Shown here piece by piece: positions 1-9,630 of a DNA stretch of 64,000 nucleotides. Under the pieces are notes generated by a model. That model did not search any database. It saw only the letters and a program-made list of their open reading frames with translations, and was not told the DNA's origin. The translations under genes were made by a program, and so were the position numbers. The DNA is from a virus. The stretch lies in the IMG/VR virus record IMGVR_UViG_3300040801_004793, positions 57,017 to 121,016 of that record; one strand, given 5' to 3'. How positions within the stretch are numbered: the stretch's first letter is position 1; each line of letters starts with the position of its first letter.

Positions 1-462
1 AGAGGCTCTTGTAGAACAAATCTCAAGGGGGAGATTAATAGTTCTTGGGGAGAGTATAAAGGCCTTCCTTCTAAACCTTTCGATAAGTACCCCGCTATAA
101 TGGAAAAGTGGAGTATTTCTTGTTCCCCCTATGAAACAGCTCTAGCCAACTGCAATAAAGATTCTATTCTTCTTTTAGACCCACCGTATTTAAATACAGG
201 TAAAGTTTATGGTCGCCCCTCTTTTAATCTATCTCAAACAGAAAATCTATTAAAACTGACCTTAGATCATCAAGGTCCAATTATTGCAACTAATTCATAC
301 TGGTCAGAGGGTCTTGAACTCTATGCCGATTTTGGCTATACTATAATGAAAGCGGAGTCCAACCAGAGCTTTCATCACGGAAAAAATAAAGAAGGTAAAG
401 CTTCAGAGCTTTTAGCCTTTAAAAATGTAAACCTGCCATCACAATTATTAGATAATGTCTAG
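1..462 (+). CDS. DNA adenine methyltransferase, Dam/D12 family (5' truncated by window edge)
   Basis: Frame is open from base 1. RGSCRTNLKGEINSSWGEYK resembles the Dam 'GLCRYNLKGEFNVPFGRYK' segment; catalytic DPPY motif present. Confidence 0.8.
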   Translation, partial: RGSCRTNLKGEINSSWGEYKGLPSKPFDKYPAIMEKWSISCSPYETALANCNKDSILLLDPPYLNTGKVYGRPSFNLSQTENLLKLTLDHQGPIIATNSYWSEGLELYADFGYTIMKAESNQSFHHGKNKEGKASELLAFKNVNLPSQLLDNV

Positions 463-1105
463 AATTTCTTCTTCGTACACTGAGGGTCTTTCCAACGGAG
501 ACCTGGGTTTTAGTAATCTTTTAGTGGGAGATACAATTTCTAAGGGCTCTCATTTTAGTTCGGTATATTCTTCTATTGAATGGCTTCAGCATCGCCTTCA
601 AAATATATCTTATAATGAGCCCTCTTTTGTAGATAATTTTCCAAGAGATGCTGCTTTTATATCCTGGCTCTATGAAGCTCTGTATAGTCTAAGTTCCTTT
701 TGTTATCTAAAAGGAATAACTGACGTGAATTATGGACACGTTCCACCTCAAGAATCTATAGAATTTTTAAAAACCCGAATATCTGAACTAAAAGATTTAG
801 AGGAAAACCTTACAGGAAAGAAGGCTGAATCTGATTTTGTAACTCTATCGGGATCTCTTAACACTATTCGTTTGTCAGTAAGAGATGTGGAAAGACACTT
901 TGTAGGCTGGTTTCACAACGAAAGAGTAATAACTCACGAGATTGCAAAGAATCCCGAAATATTAGAAGGTATCTATAGATACGAAACATTTCTAAATAGA
1001 CTCAGTAGTTATTTCTACTGGCTATCCCGAGTTTACATTATTAAAAATACTGGCGTTCAGGCTCTTAAGCCTTGGAATGCTAAGATCCCACCTTTTAACG
1101 TATAA
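455..1105 (+). CDS. PduO-type ATP:cob(I)alamin adenosyltransferase-like protein
   Basis: N-terminal YT..GD.G.S.L..G..ISK, central R..VR..ER and C-terminal FLNRLSSYFY.LSR match the PduO/MMAB pattern. Confidence 0.7.
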   Translation: MSRISSSYTEGLSNGDLGFSNLLVGDTISKGSHFSSVYSSIEWLQHRLQNISYNEPSFVDNFPRDAAFISWLYEALYSLSSFCYLKGITDVNYGHVPPQESIEFLKTRISELKDLEENLTGKKAESDFVTLSGSLNTIRLSVRDVERHFVGWFHNERVITHEIAKNPEILEGIYRYETFLNRLSSYFYWLSRVYIIKNTGVQALKPWNAKIPPFNV

Positions 1106-1113
1106 AAAATACT

Positions 1114-1695
1114 ATGCTTCCTAAAGAAATTCAGCAATTACTATCTATGCCCGGTACTGTAATCTCTTCCTCGTATCAACCTATTGAAATTTACTTAGGC
1201 GGGCCTGTAATGTCTCTAATTGCAGAAACTCCTTCGTATGCTCTTCAGTGGAGACAAGTTTTCTTTCCTAAGATGTTGAATACTTTTTTAGAGGAAGAAA
1301 ATATTATAGATCCCCCTCTTTTTAAATTTCATAATCCTTGCGAGGGAATGTCTACTAAGGAAAATAGTTTCTCCCTAAATGAGAGTAATTCTTTTCTCTA
1401 CAATAGTAAATTTATTTTTGAAAAATGTATTTGGCAAATTGAAAGAAGTTCTATTCTTCTTTTTAATTTTCTAGAAGACGGGGGCTCTAGTTCTCTAGGT
1501 TCTATTTGGGAAGCTGGATTAGGGTACGGGACAGATAAAACAATTATCTATATAATTCCAGAAGAATCTGAGATGAGGTCACATCCCATGATTGAACACT
1601 CAGCAGATTTTATCTGCCCCGATTTAAAAACAGCTTGTAGAGCTTTACTCTTTTCTGCCCTAAAGATACAAAACTCTAATGAAAGTTTTATCTAG
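1114..1695 (+). CDS. Nucleoside 2-deoxyribosyltransferase-like / nucleotide N-hydrolase
   Basis: IYLGGP, WR, HNP, SLGSIWEAGLGY..K.II and HPMI motifs typical of the NDT-like family. Confidence 0.7.
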   Translation: MLPKEIQQLLSMPGTVISSSYQPIEIYLGGPVMSLIAETPSYALQWRQVFFPKMLNTFLEEENIIDPPLFKFHNPCEGMSTKENSFSLNESNSFLYNSKFIFEKCIWQIERSSILLFNFLEDGGSSSLGSIWEAGLGYGTDKTIIYIIPEESEMRSHPMIEHSADFICPDLKTACRALLFSALKIQNSNESFI

Positions 1696-2773
1696 TGATC
1701 TAATTCCCGCTCTAAATACACTTGTTAGTTTTAGTAATACTAAAGATTATTTGTACTTTTTGTATGACTTAAATAATCCGGGTACTTTACTTTTGGAGAA
1801 AAAAGATAGTTGGGAATTTCCCGGCCACTTTTGCTTTTATATTCCAGTAGAAGAGCGAGAGGGGGAAACTTTTTCAAGTTGTAAAATAACTTTTGAAAAT
1901 ATCAAACCGATATCTGCTCTTAAAGCTAGTGTGTTGGAAGAACACGTTTATCTATTCTCTCAAAATAACTCTGTTAGAGTGGAGTCTGCTGTAGTCTATA
2001 ATATCCCTTCAGAGGCCGCCACAAGCCAACAGACAGCGCCTAGTGTAACCAGTAGCCCGGTAGTAAGTAACGACAAGATTACTGCTCTCAGTAAGCTTCT
2101 AGCCCGCTTTAAGAAAGATAATTTTAAAGGTTGTTTTACTGTTTTACCAAACAGAATATACTGTCCGGGCACCTATCACCTATCTATTATTGAAGTAGAG
2201 GGTCTTTCTAGTACATGGGACGGAGCGTATTCTTGTAATACTACCCAATTTAATAAACTAACTAAGTTGGGTTTTGATCTTTCTTTTGGAAGTTCTGGTT
2301 GTATTTTAGGAGTTCAAGGGGAAACTATTAGGTATGTAATTTCATTACCATCTGTGTCCTCTTCTGTCTTAAATTCTATAGATTTTATAGATAGCGAAAG
2401 AAAACTCAGAGTTTTACATGAAGATAATACGCCTCCTTTAAAGATACAAAACTGTAAAAGATTTACGTCTTTATTGAACTCGGCTTCTGCTGATACGAAG
2501 TATGATTTATGTCAAGTAGAAACAGACCCTAGTTTATCTAGAATAGCTATCAGCTTTTATCAGGGTAAGCAAAAAACAAATTCTTTTGTCTATGACGAAG
2601 TAGAAATCTCACCAAAATATATTTGTTGTTATTTACAAACCAAACAACTTATTGCAGTAAGTCAACTTTGTGAGAAAGGAGATTTAGTTCTTAAGATTGT
2701 TTCCTCTTTCGATCCCGTTGAAGCTCAGACTCTTTACGGCACGACTTATTTGATGCAAGGCCTAGTAAGATAG
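1679..2773 (+). CDS. Divergent DNA sliding clamp (DnaN/beta-like)
   Basis: 364 aa, matching DnaN size. N-terminal MKV....L..AL..L and C-terminal P.......YLM..VR patterns; replication context. Confidence 0.5.
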   Translation: MKVLSSDLIPALNTLVSFSNTKDYLYFLYDLNNPGTLLLEKKDSWEFPGHFCFYIPVEEREGETFSSCKITFENIKPISALKASVLEEHVYLFSQNNSVRVESAVVYNIPSEAATSQQTAPSVTSSPVVSNDKITALSKLLARFKKDNFKGCFTVLPNRIYCPGTYHLSIIEVEGLSSTWDGAYSCNTTQFNKLTKLGFDLSFGSSGCILGVQGETIRYVISLPSVSSSVLNSIDFIDSERKLRVLHEDNTPPLKIQNCKRFTSLLNSASADTKYDLCQVETDPSLSRIAISFYQGKQKTNSFVYDEVEISPKYICCYLQTKQLIAVSQLCEKGDLVLKIVSSFDPVEAQTLYGTTYLMQGLVR

Positions 2774-2804
2774 AGTAGGTTACAATATAGTCAGGATTTA
2801 AATC

Positions 2805-3290
2805 GTGACTATGAAAATACTAGGCTTTGATGTTGGCTCTAAAAATTTAGGATATTCTATTTGTGAGTTTGAGAAAGAAAGGTGTAGCTTACTTTTAGCA
2901 GGCACTCTTGTTATGACTCACCCTGAAATATCCCAAAGACTTGTAGTAGCAAACAATCTAATAAGTAATCTGATTAAAGACTATTCTATAGAAGCTATAG
3001 GATATGAGGCTCCGTATATGAACAAAGGGGCTAACGCTATGGGTTTATACTTTGTAGCTGGTTTAATTAACCTTAAGGCAGGTCAATTTAATTTACCCGT
3101 AGTTCCTTTGAGTCCAGCCACCGTAAAAAAAGAAGTTACGGGAAGTGGAAAAGCTGAAAAAGTTCAAGTCGAGAAAAAAGTAAAAGAATTATTGCAGCCT
3201 TTTACTTCAGAAACTATCTCTTTCAATACAGATCACGAAAGTGATGCTGCTGCAATCTGTATAACTACCAGTAAAAAACTATTAAAATAA
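2805..3290 (+). CDS. ruvC: Holliday junction resolvase RuvC
   Basis: ILGFDVG, YE, SPATVKKEVTGSGKAEK.QV and DHESDAAAI motifs. Confidence 0.9.
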   Translation: MTMKILGFDVGSKNLGYSICEFEKERCSLLLAGTLVMTHPEISQRLVVANNLISNLIKDYSIEAIGYEAPYMNKGANAMGLYFVAGLINLKAGQFNLPVVPLSPATVKKEVTGSGKAEKVQVEKKVKELLQPFTSETISFNTDHESDAAAICITTSKKLLK

Positions 3291-3294
3291 ATCT

Positions 3295-3543
3295 ATGCCT
3301 ATTCAATTTCTTATCAACCGCAGTTCTGGAGCTAAATTTAGAATTGAAGCAGTAAATAAAACTGCTTTGGATAAAGGTCTTATCCCGCCTTTTGTCATTG
3401 ACGAGAAAGGTCTTATCCAGACTATTAAAAATAGTCAAAACTACCGCTTTGTTACTAAATTTACTTGGAGCTGGCCTACTCCTAAATTTGAAGTTATTTA
3501 TAAACCGGGTTCTGAGGAAGAAGTAAACTTAGGAATTTTCTAA
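3295..3543 (+). CDS. hypothetical protein
   Basis: 82-aa ORF tightly packed after ruvC. Confidence 0.6.
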   Translation: MPIQFLINRSSGAKFRIEAVNKTALDKGLIPPFVIDEKGLIQTIKNSQNYRFVTKFTWSWPTPKFEVIYKPGSEEEVNLGIF

Positions 3544-3570
3544 TTAAAACCGGAAAAAGAGTTTATTCTG

Positions 3571-3599
3571 GCCCCCTAGATATTTAGGGGGCTTTATTT
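3571..3599 (+). terminator. Putative intrinsic terminator
   Basis: GCCCCCTA-gatatt-TAGGGGGC hairpin followed by TTTATTT. Confidence 0.55.
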
Positions 3600-3619
3600 G
3601 TCTTCTATACAAAAAAGTC

Positions 3620-4468
3620 ATGAATCACACCTTTATTCTTAACACTCCCTCAAAAGCACCCGATCTTTACATTGGTGACTTGGTAGAAAATACAAATGCT
3701 TTGAGAGACGATATTGGACCCTTTCTTATAAATCTGGTTAATCAAAAGAAAGCTAGACTTAGAACAGATTTAAATCACTTTTATTTCCCTGCGATGAGGG
3801 AAACTTTTCTTTATACTGCTAGAAGCACTAGTGTTATTAATCTAGGATCTAGTAGTGTTGTCTATTACCTTTCAGAAGAAGATCTAGAAAACGATCATCT
3901 TCAGTGGCTTTTAAAAGTTTCCGGGAAAAGTGTGTCGGACCTTTTAACAGAACGGCGAACTAATACTACTGAGTATTCATTAGAGAGGCTGTATAGTTCT
4001 AATCCTGGTGCTCAGTATGGCCTTTATTATATACTTAGGAAATTTTATAATTTTTCTAATTTTTATAACGAGGAGCCGGGTCAAATTAATTTTCCGCAAA
4101 GGGGTTTAAAAGTACTTAGTACTTTGTTTCCATCTTTAAATTTTCAGCGTATCAGTATTACGAATTACTACGGTGTGTATAAATTTTTGTCTGCTCTATT
4201 TGCACTTATTTCCCCACGAGGAATCTACTACCTTTCTGAAGGCAACTTTTTAGAGGGGAAAAGAGAAATGTCTAACAGCCTCTTACTTTTTAGTAAGACG
4301 AGGGGCATATCAAAACTAGGTTATGACTTTTCTAAATTAGAATATGACAGCTTTCCAAATAGTCAAAGAGCAGTTGTGACTTTAGCCCAAAAATTAAAAA
4401 TACCAGTCTATAACCTCTACTACCCTGTAGATAGAAAACACATTATTCGTAATGTGTTCTATTGCTGA
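3620..4468 (+). CDS. hypothetical protein
   Basis: 282-aa ORF converging on the portal gene; no recognised motif. Confidence 0.6.
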   Translation: MNHTFILNTPSKAPDLYIGDLVENTNALRDDIGPFLINLVNQKKARLRTDLNHFYFPAMRETFLYTARSTSVINLGSSSVVYYLSEEDLENDHLQWLLKVSGKSVSDLLTERRTNTTEYSLERLYSSNPGAQYGLYYILRKFYNFSNFYNEEPGQINFPQRGLKVLSTLFPSLNFQRISITNYYGVYKFLSALFALISPRGIYYLSEGNFLEGKREMSNSLLLFSKTRGISKLGYDFSKLEYDSFPNSQRAVVTLAQKLKIPVYNLYYPVDRKHIIRNVFYC

Positions 4469-5910
4469 TTTTCTTCTGGCACTTCTGTAGCTTGCGTGTC
4501 TACGGCTGAAGGTTCTTGTCCACTAGAATCAGGTGGGGGAGTATAACTAGTGCCTAACATAGGATGTACTCCCTGATAAACCTGATTTTCGTAGTAAGAC
4601 TTAAGAAGTTGTTCTTGGAGATAAGTCTGAGATTCTTCTTTAGTAACTGTAGGAAGTCCAAGACTATCATACAGAGCATTTTGAATATTAATATTTTGTG
4701 CCGGTAATATTTGACTACTTACTGCACTAATAATATTTTGAACTCTCAAAGAGATCGACTCTTGATCTTCAATTTCGTCCATCTTAAAGGTGCCAAAGTT
4801 TTTGGTAACACCAAAGTTCCAAATAAGAAGGGGTTTTACTATTTTTTCTACTAGTTGATCTCTAATTTGAGCAACTACACTTTCAATTTGAGCATCTAGT
4901 ATAGTTTTTTTCTGTCGAGAAAGATTACTAAAAGAGACACCTTCTCTAAAAGTCATTTCTGGAATTCCATAACTTTTCATAATTCCGTTTTCAAGAATTG
5001 TAATATACATCTGCCAAGTAGCTTCTTTGGTTGTAGGGATGAGAGGCATTACTTGGTTTTTATTATCTGTTACAAGAACGGAATTATTTTCAAGATTTAA
5101 AAGTTGTTGAGCTAGAGCGTGAACGGCGGACTGAACCATTGGAGTGCCGTCAGAGTTAAAACGAGGATTTCCCTGGGAATCAACAATTTGTACAGTTTCA
5201 TTTGAGTCTGCTTTTCCAAGCCACATACCAGAAGCACTATTTTTTGCAGAGATCATCATCTCTGTAAGAATTGCTTGTTTGGCTTTATAGTATTGATAAG
5301 CTGTACCGGATTCAGGATCTCCATAAACCATGTCGTGTTCTCCGATATTCGAAGAAAAACCATTTACGACATGAATAATTTTAGGGTATGGAATTTTTTT
5401 AACTTTTCCAGTAGATTCTCTATAACGAAGAAAAAAGATCTCACCGTTTTTACCTTCAAAAGAGATACGAGTTTGATCTAAAATGTTTATATTCTTTAGA
5501 CGCCACTGACCTAAAATTTCATCTGTAAAAACAATTTCCCCACCAGAAAACCCCAAAGCCATAGCGGAAGCTAAACGACCTACAATATGAGTCAGGCTTC
5601 CCCTCATTCCATCAAAATTTTCTTGCACCCATCTTTCTATAAAAGCATCTTCATGGCTATATTTCCCCAACATTAAAGCAGCTCGTAAACACTTTAATTC
5701 TATGCAACTTCTAACAAGAGGATCTTTTCTAGCCATCTTGAGATAGTCAATAAGTTTAGGATCATTATTAGAAACTTCTTGTAAAAAAGTTTGAGTAATA
5801 GAATTTAAACTCGAACTGATTTGACCCGAAACAGGAGCCATTAAGCTAGGATTCCAAGTTTTTACTTTGTCTTGTTTTTGTGTGTATAAATTTTTAAAGT
5901 TAGGGGCCAT
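4459..5910 (-). CDS. Portal protein (Mu gp29/DUF935-like)
   Basis: 483 aa. M..D..V.SC.E.K, A.ALGFS.GEIV, KII.V....YG.P and Q...KIVKPLL.WNFG pattern of DUF935 portals. Confidence 0.75.
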   Translation of the reverse strand: MAPNFKNLYTQKQDKVKTWNPSLMAPVSGQISSSLNSITQTFLQEVSNNDPKLIDYLKMARKDPLVRSCIELKCLRAALMLGKYSHEDAFIERWVQENFDGMRGSLTHIVGRLASAMALGFSGGEIVFTDEILGQWRLKNINILDQTRISFEGKNGEIFFLRYRESTGKVKKIPYPKIIHVVNGFSSNIGEHDMVYGDPESGTAYQYYKAKQAILTEMMISAKNSASGMWLGKADSNETVQIVDSQGNPRFNSDGTPMVQSAVHALAQQLLNLENNSVLVTDNKNQVMPLIPTTKEATWQMYITILENGIMKSYGIPEMTFREGVSFSNLSRQKKTILDAQIESVVAQIRDQLVEKIVKPLLIWNFGVTKNFGTFKMDEIEDQESISLRVQNIISAVSSQILPAQNINIQNALYDSLGLPTVTKEESQTYLQEQLLKSYYENQVYQGVHPMLGTSYTPPPDSSGQEPSAVDTQATEVPEENQQ

Positions 5911-7897
5911 CGTTAATACTTATTGCTAGTACTTCAATTTTTTCAAATTGGTTTTCGGGTAAGTTATTGAGTGTCTCAAGATTCGTATCGGGAATTAAAT
6001 CTATTAAAGCTGGAATACTAACTCTCTTCGTCATGTCAGTATCTAAAGCTAGGTTGTCTGTGTAATTAGTATTGTCTAAATTACTAATTGGGTAAAAGCC
6101 ATATTTTAATTCTACCCCATGAAAGAAGAAGCCTTCTGTTGGTACATCATCGGTTCTCCAATGAAAGAAAGGAAGACTGCTTTCGTCTGTAAAAATTAGG
6201 TGATCTCCTTCTGTACTATAGCCTAAACAGTTTCTTTGCCATGCTCCTCTCACTCTCTGATAAAGGGTAAAAGCTACACTTTTAGGAGTATTAGGATATT
6301 TGTCTACCCAGTTTACTTCATTTTCATAATCATCCGTCATAAAAAGAGATGAAAGAAAATCAAAGGGACCTAGTACTACTTCTGGGTATATAGCAGCGTC
6401 AATTAAAGATGTACTAACATCTGCAATACTTCCAGGAAGTAAATTCCCTTCTACAACTCTATTTCTTTCGTAGACAAGAGTTACTCCATTTTCAGAAATT
6501 TCGAAGATGCCTATAATCCAAGGTTGATCTAAATCAAAATAAGTCTCAGGATCTTGATTTCTGTCGATATCACCAAAAGATCCCCCAACGTGAAAAACAA
6601 CGTAGGCTTTTTCAGAATTGTTAAAAAGTAAAAACTGACCTTCATCTAGAGGACCTTCTCCAGACCAACTAGCTATAAAAGCTTTTGGAAATTTATGTAC
6701 TTTTCCTTTCCAAAAAGCATAGTATTCTACAAAGGGTTGGTCCCAGGAGGGATGTATGGGAAGTAAACTTTCGTTTGGAGCTACGTAAGGAGAATTTCCA
6801 TCAAAAACAGTTACAGAAGAAGAGTAGTTGCCACTAGTACTTCCAGGTATAATATTCCCTGTTAATGTTCCCGTAAAAATTATATTGCCTCCTGAGTATA
6901 AATTTAAGATTGGATCAGGAGAAATAGAACTTGGAGAATCACAGCTTACTGAACTTGAGCTGTTATAGGCCCAAGCTTGAGTGAGATCGTTGATGTCTTT
7001 AGTGTATACTATTCCGGGCCAAACTCTAGTCCAACCATCCGCACTAGAGTCGGGGTTAATTATAGGAGGCCCTTCTGTTATTCCCCCGGTATACCAAAAA
7101 GTCTCTGTATAGTTTACGTACCTATCTCTAGGGGGTTGAGGTGGAGAGACTGCATCGTTATAAGGCAGAGTAATATTTCTAGGGCCATACTCTCTTAGAG
7201 AGCCACAAGTGCAGGATTCTGGAGTACAAGGAGAAGGAATCCAACCTATAGCCTCTGGAGGTGGATTATAAAAAGAGTTGGCTAAAACATTATCTTCACC
7301 AAAAAAGTTATAGCTTCTATTTTCCGCAACTAACCCTGTACTAGGATAGTAAGAATCTAATCTAGGAGAAACACATGCGGGATTTGGATATCTATCAAAA
7401 CTTGCATCTGAGGGTCTACTTTCAAGTCTAAAACTTCTCGCACCAAGATAGAGACCTTGAGGATGAGTATAAAAATTTTCACTTCCGGGCCAATGCTTTC
7501 CGGCAGCTAATACTTTCTCTGTGTCGATGTCTCTTGTATTGTAGTCAAAAAACTCTACAACGCTTGGACTTCTTCTATTTGGATTTAAATATTCTAGGCT
7601 AAAAAGAATACAAACTTGAGTATCTGCTCTTGTTACAGGATTAGGAAGGGGTACCGTTTGTCGATCTAATAAAATAGTTTCGTTGGTTTCTCTTTCTATT
7701 TCTTGCCCTATGGCTATACCATTTGTAAGAAGAACATTCTGTCCAGGAAAAATATTATTTTGACACCGGTACTCTTTACTTAAGTGGCTAATTACTTGTC
7801 CAGGAAGATATTCTTTCGTGGCTCTGTAAAGACTTGCCCCGGAAGTAATATTCAGTAAATTATTTCCAAAAGAATTAAAAAGATTTTGACTGCTCAT
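5900..7897 (-). CDS. Hypothetical virion/tail-associated protein
   Basis: 665-aa Pro/aromatic-rich ORF at the end of the tail-fibre cluster. Confidence 0.5.
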   Translation of the reverse strand: MSSQNLFNSFGNNLLNITSGASLYRATKEYLPGQVISHLSKEYRCQNNIFPGQNVLLTNGIAIGQEIERETNETILLDRQTVPLPNPVTRADTQVCILFSLEYLNPNRRSPSVVEFFDYNTRDIDTEKVLAAGKHWPGSENFYTHPQGLYLGARSFRLESRPSDASFDRYPNPACVSPRLDSYYPSTGLVAENRSYNFFGEDNVLANSFYNPPPEAIGWIPSPCTPESCTCGSLREYGPRNITLPYNDAVSPPQPPRDRYVNYTETFWYTGGITEGPPIINPDSSADGWTRVWPGIVYTKDINDLTQAWAYNSSSSVSCDSPSSISPDPILNLYSGGNIIFTGTLTGNIIPGSTSGNYSSSVTVFDGNSPYVAPNESLLPIHPSWDQPFVEYYAFWKGKVHKFPKAFIASWSGEGPLDEGQFLLFNNSEKAYVVFHVGGSFGDIDRNQDPETYFDLDQPWIIGIFEISENGVTLVYERNRVVEGNLLPGSIADVSTSLIDAAIYPEVVLGPFDFLSSLFMTDDYENEVNWVDKYPNTPKSVAFTLYQRVRGAWQRNCLGYSTEGDHLIFTDESSLPFFHWRTDDVPTEGFFFHGVELKYGFYPISNLDNTNYTDNLALDTDMTKRVSIPALIDLIPDTNLETLNNLPENQFEKIEVLAISINDGP

Positions 7898-7909
7898 TAA
7901 AGAATAAAT

Positions 7910-8341
7910 TTAAACTGTCCAAAAATCAAAATAACCCCATCCGTTCATACCTATTGATCCAGATGGATCTATACCGAGATAAACTTTATAGCTTTCTTGT
8001 TGGGTGTGATAGAAGAGTTTAAGTTCTCCTACTTGTGCTGGTGGACCTGGATCTATATCATTTTCTTCATAGCTAGCTACTGCAACACCTCCACCACCGC
8101 TGCTTCCAGCAAAAAGAAGTGCTCTACCACCAGAAGTAATTTCTACTACGTCAGGTAAAGATTCTGCCTCTACACTGTTCTCGTCAAAAATATACCAAGC
8201 CGCTTGTCCACTGCCATCACTTAAATCAGAATTGTCTTTAACATAGATAGGTTGACCTGGTAAAAGATTTGTTCTAGCTTTTAATGTAGTAAAGTTAGTG
8301 GAAGAATAAATTTGGCTGAATGCTGTGGTTAGACTGCTCAT
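7910..8341 (-). CDS. Small tail-fibre-associated protein
   Basis: N-terminal module resembles the repeats in 15346..18768; poly-Gly linker. Confidence 0.5.
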   Translation of the reverse strand: MSSLTTAFSQIYSSTNFTTLKARTNLLPGQPIYVKDNSDLSDGSGQAAWYIFDENSVEAESLPDVVEITSGGRALLFAGSSGGGGVAVASYEENDIDPGPPAQVGELKLFYHTQQESYKVYLGIDPSGSIGMNGWGYFDFWTV

Positions 8342-8360
8342 AATTTTTTTGTGTTAGTTA

Positions 8361-9227
8361 TTAATAGTCTGAATAAGTAGAATTACCTGATACAATACCA
8401 TTTGTACTTCCAGGAATTTTATAAATGGTTCGATCTCGTACACTACAATTTTGGTCTAGGTTAACTCTTGGTCCTGAAGCACTTCCCGTTATAGTTACTC
8501 CTAGACCCGCGAAATCTGCTATAGATCCTAATCTACCTAAAATAAAACAGGTACCCCAGACGGGATTTCCTACAAGAGTTAAAGTTCGGGTTTCTTCATT
8601 AGGCACAAAGTAATCTAAAACACTACCATACCCAAGATTAAAAAAGTATGAAAAGTTACCCTCAATAGTAATTCCAGAAATAATTTTACAGATTGCTTGG
8701 TTGTGAGCCTGTATTCCAGTAGGACCTACAGGAGTAGAGGGGTCTAGTACAAAAGATAGATTATCAATTTGTACGAAAGAGTTGTCTATAAATATTCTTC
8801 CTAGGTTAATTACTCTGACTTTAAAATCTTTCAGTACTATTTTTTTTACTCTTTCACCTTTAAAAAGATATCTTGAACCATCATTTTGAAAAGTACTATC
8901 AGAAGCAGTAGAGCTAAAACCTTGTATGGTAACTAGACCAGATCCAACGGGGTCTTTTAATTCTATAGTATTTGCTCCTAAATCCCAAGTTTCCGCTAGA
9001 CCTGCTTTAATAGTAACATTATATACACCTAAATCTAAACTAGAAACATAATCTATAGCTGCTTGCCAAGTAGCAAAAGCTCCTTCTGCACTATTTGAGG
9101 TTCCAGAATTTAAATCATTGCCATCAGACCGGACATAATAAATTTTATCTTCCGTAAGAAGAGTCCGTCCAACTTTAACTCCTTCAGTTCCAGATTTATT
9201 ATTATATAGACTTTGTAGTGTACTCAT
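8361..9227 (-). CDS. Tailspike / beta-helix receptor-binding protein
   Basis: YYVRSDGNDLNSG......AFATWQAAID is a typical beta-helix cap motif. Confidence 0.65.
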   Translation of the reverse strand: MSTLQSLYNNKSGTEGVKVGRTLLTEDKIYYVRSDGNDLNSGTSNSAEGAFATWQAAIDYVSSLDLGVYNVTIKAGLAETWDLGANTIELKDPVGSGLVTIQGFSSTASDSTFQNDGSRYLFKGERVKKIVLKDFKVRVINLGRIFIDNSFVQIDNLSFVLDPSTPVGPTGIQAHNQAICKIISGITIEGNFSYFFNLGYGSVLDYFVPNEETRTLTLVGNPVWGTCFILGRLGSIADFAGLGVTITGSASGPRVNLDQNCSVRDRTIYKIPGSTNGIVSGNSTYSDY

Positions 9228-9228
9228 T

Positions 9229-9630
9229 TTAAGTTAGATTGTAGTTTGTTAAAGCTTCTAAAAGAGTTTGTAAGTTGTAATAATTTAAAGCTTGTATTAT
9301 TTCTAATTCTAGTTGTTCAGATATAGATCCCAATGTTTTGAGTTCATTCCAGACTAAACTGGCACTATTAAAATCTCCCTTGTCGATATCGGACTCTAGA
9401 GCCATAACCAGCCCCGGTTCAGTCCGAAGAAGATTCCGGTAAGCAGAATTGCCCCGCCGCCACTGGCGAAACCCAGCCCAGTCTGGGGGAGTAGGTTGCC
9501 ACTGGGGGAAATCGGCAGGGGTGATCTGTACCCGGCTAATTTCATTCCCTGCTGAATCTAGCGTTATGCCCCAATTGGTAAGGGTGCCACCAATGGCGCG
9601 ATCGTCAACAATGCAAATTTTTTTTCTCAT
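9229..9630 (-). CDS. Tail fibre assembly/tip-associated protein, paralog 2
   Basis: Start reassigned to 9630 (TAATG overlap with the upstream stop). Shares PDWAGFRQWRR...EPGLVMALE.DI with 10444..10857. Confidence 0.6.
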   Translation of the reverse strand: MRKKICIVDDRAIGGTLTNWGITLDSAGNEISRVQITPADFPQWQPTPPDWAGFRQWRRGNSAYRNLLRTEPGLVMALESDIDKGDFNSASLVWNELKTLGSISEQLELEIIQALNYYNLQTLLEALTNYNLT

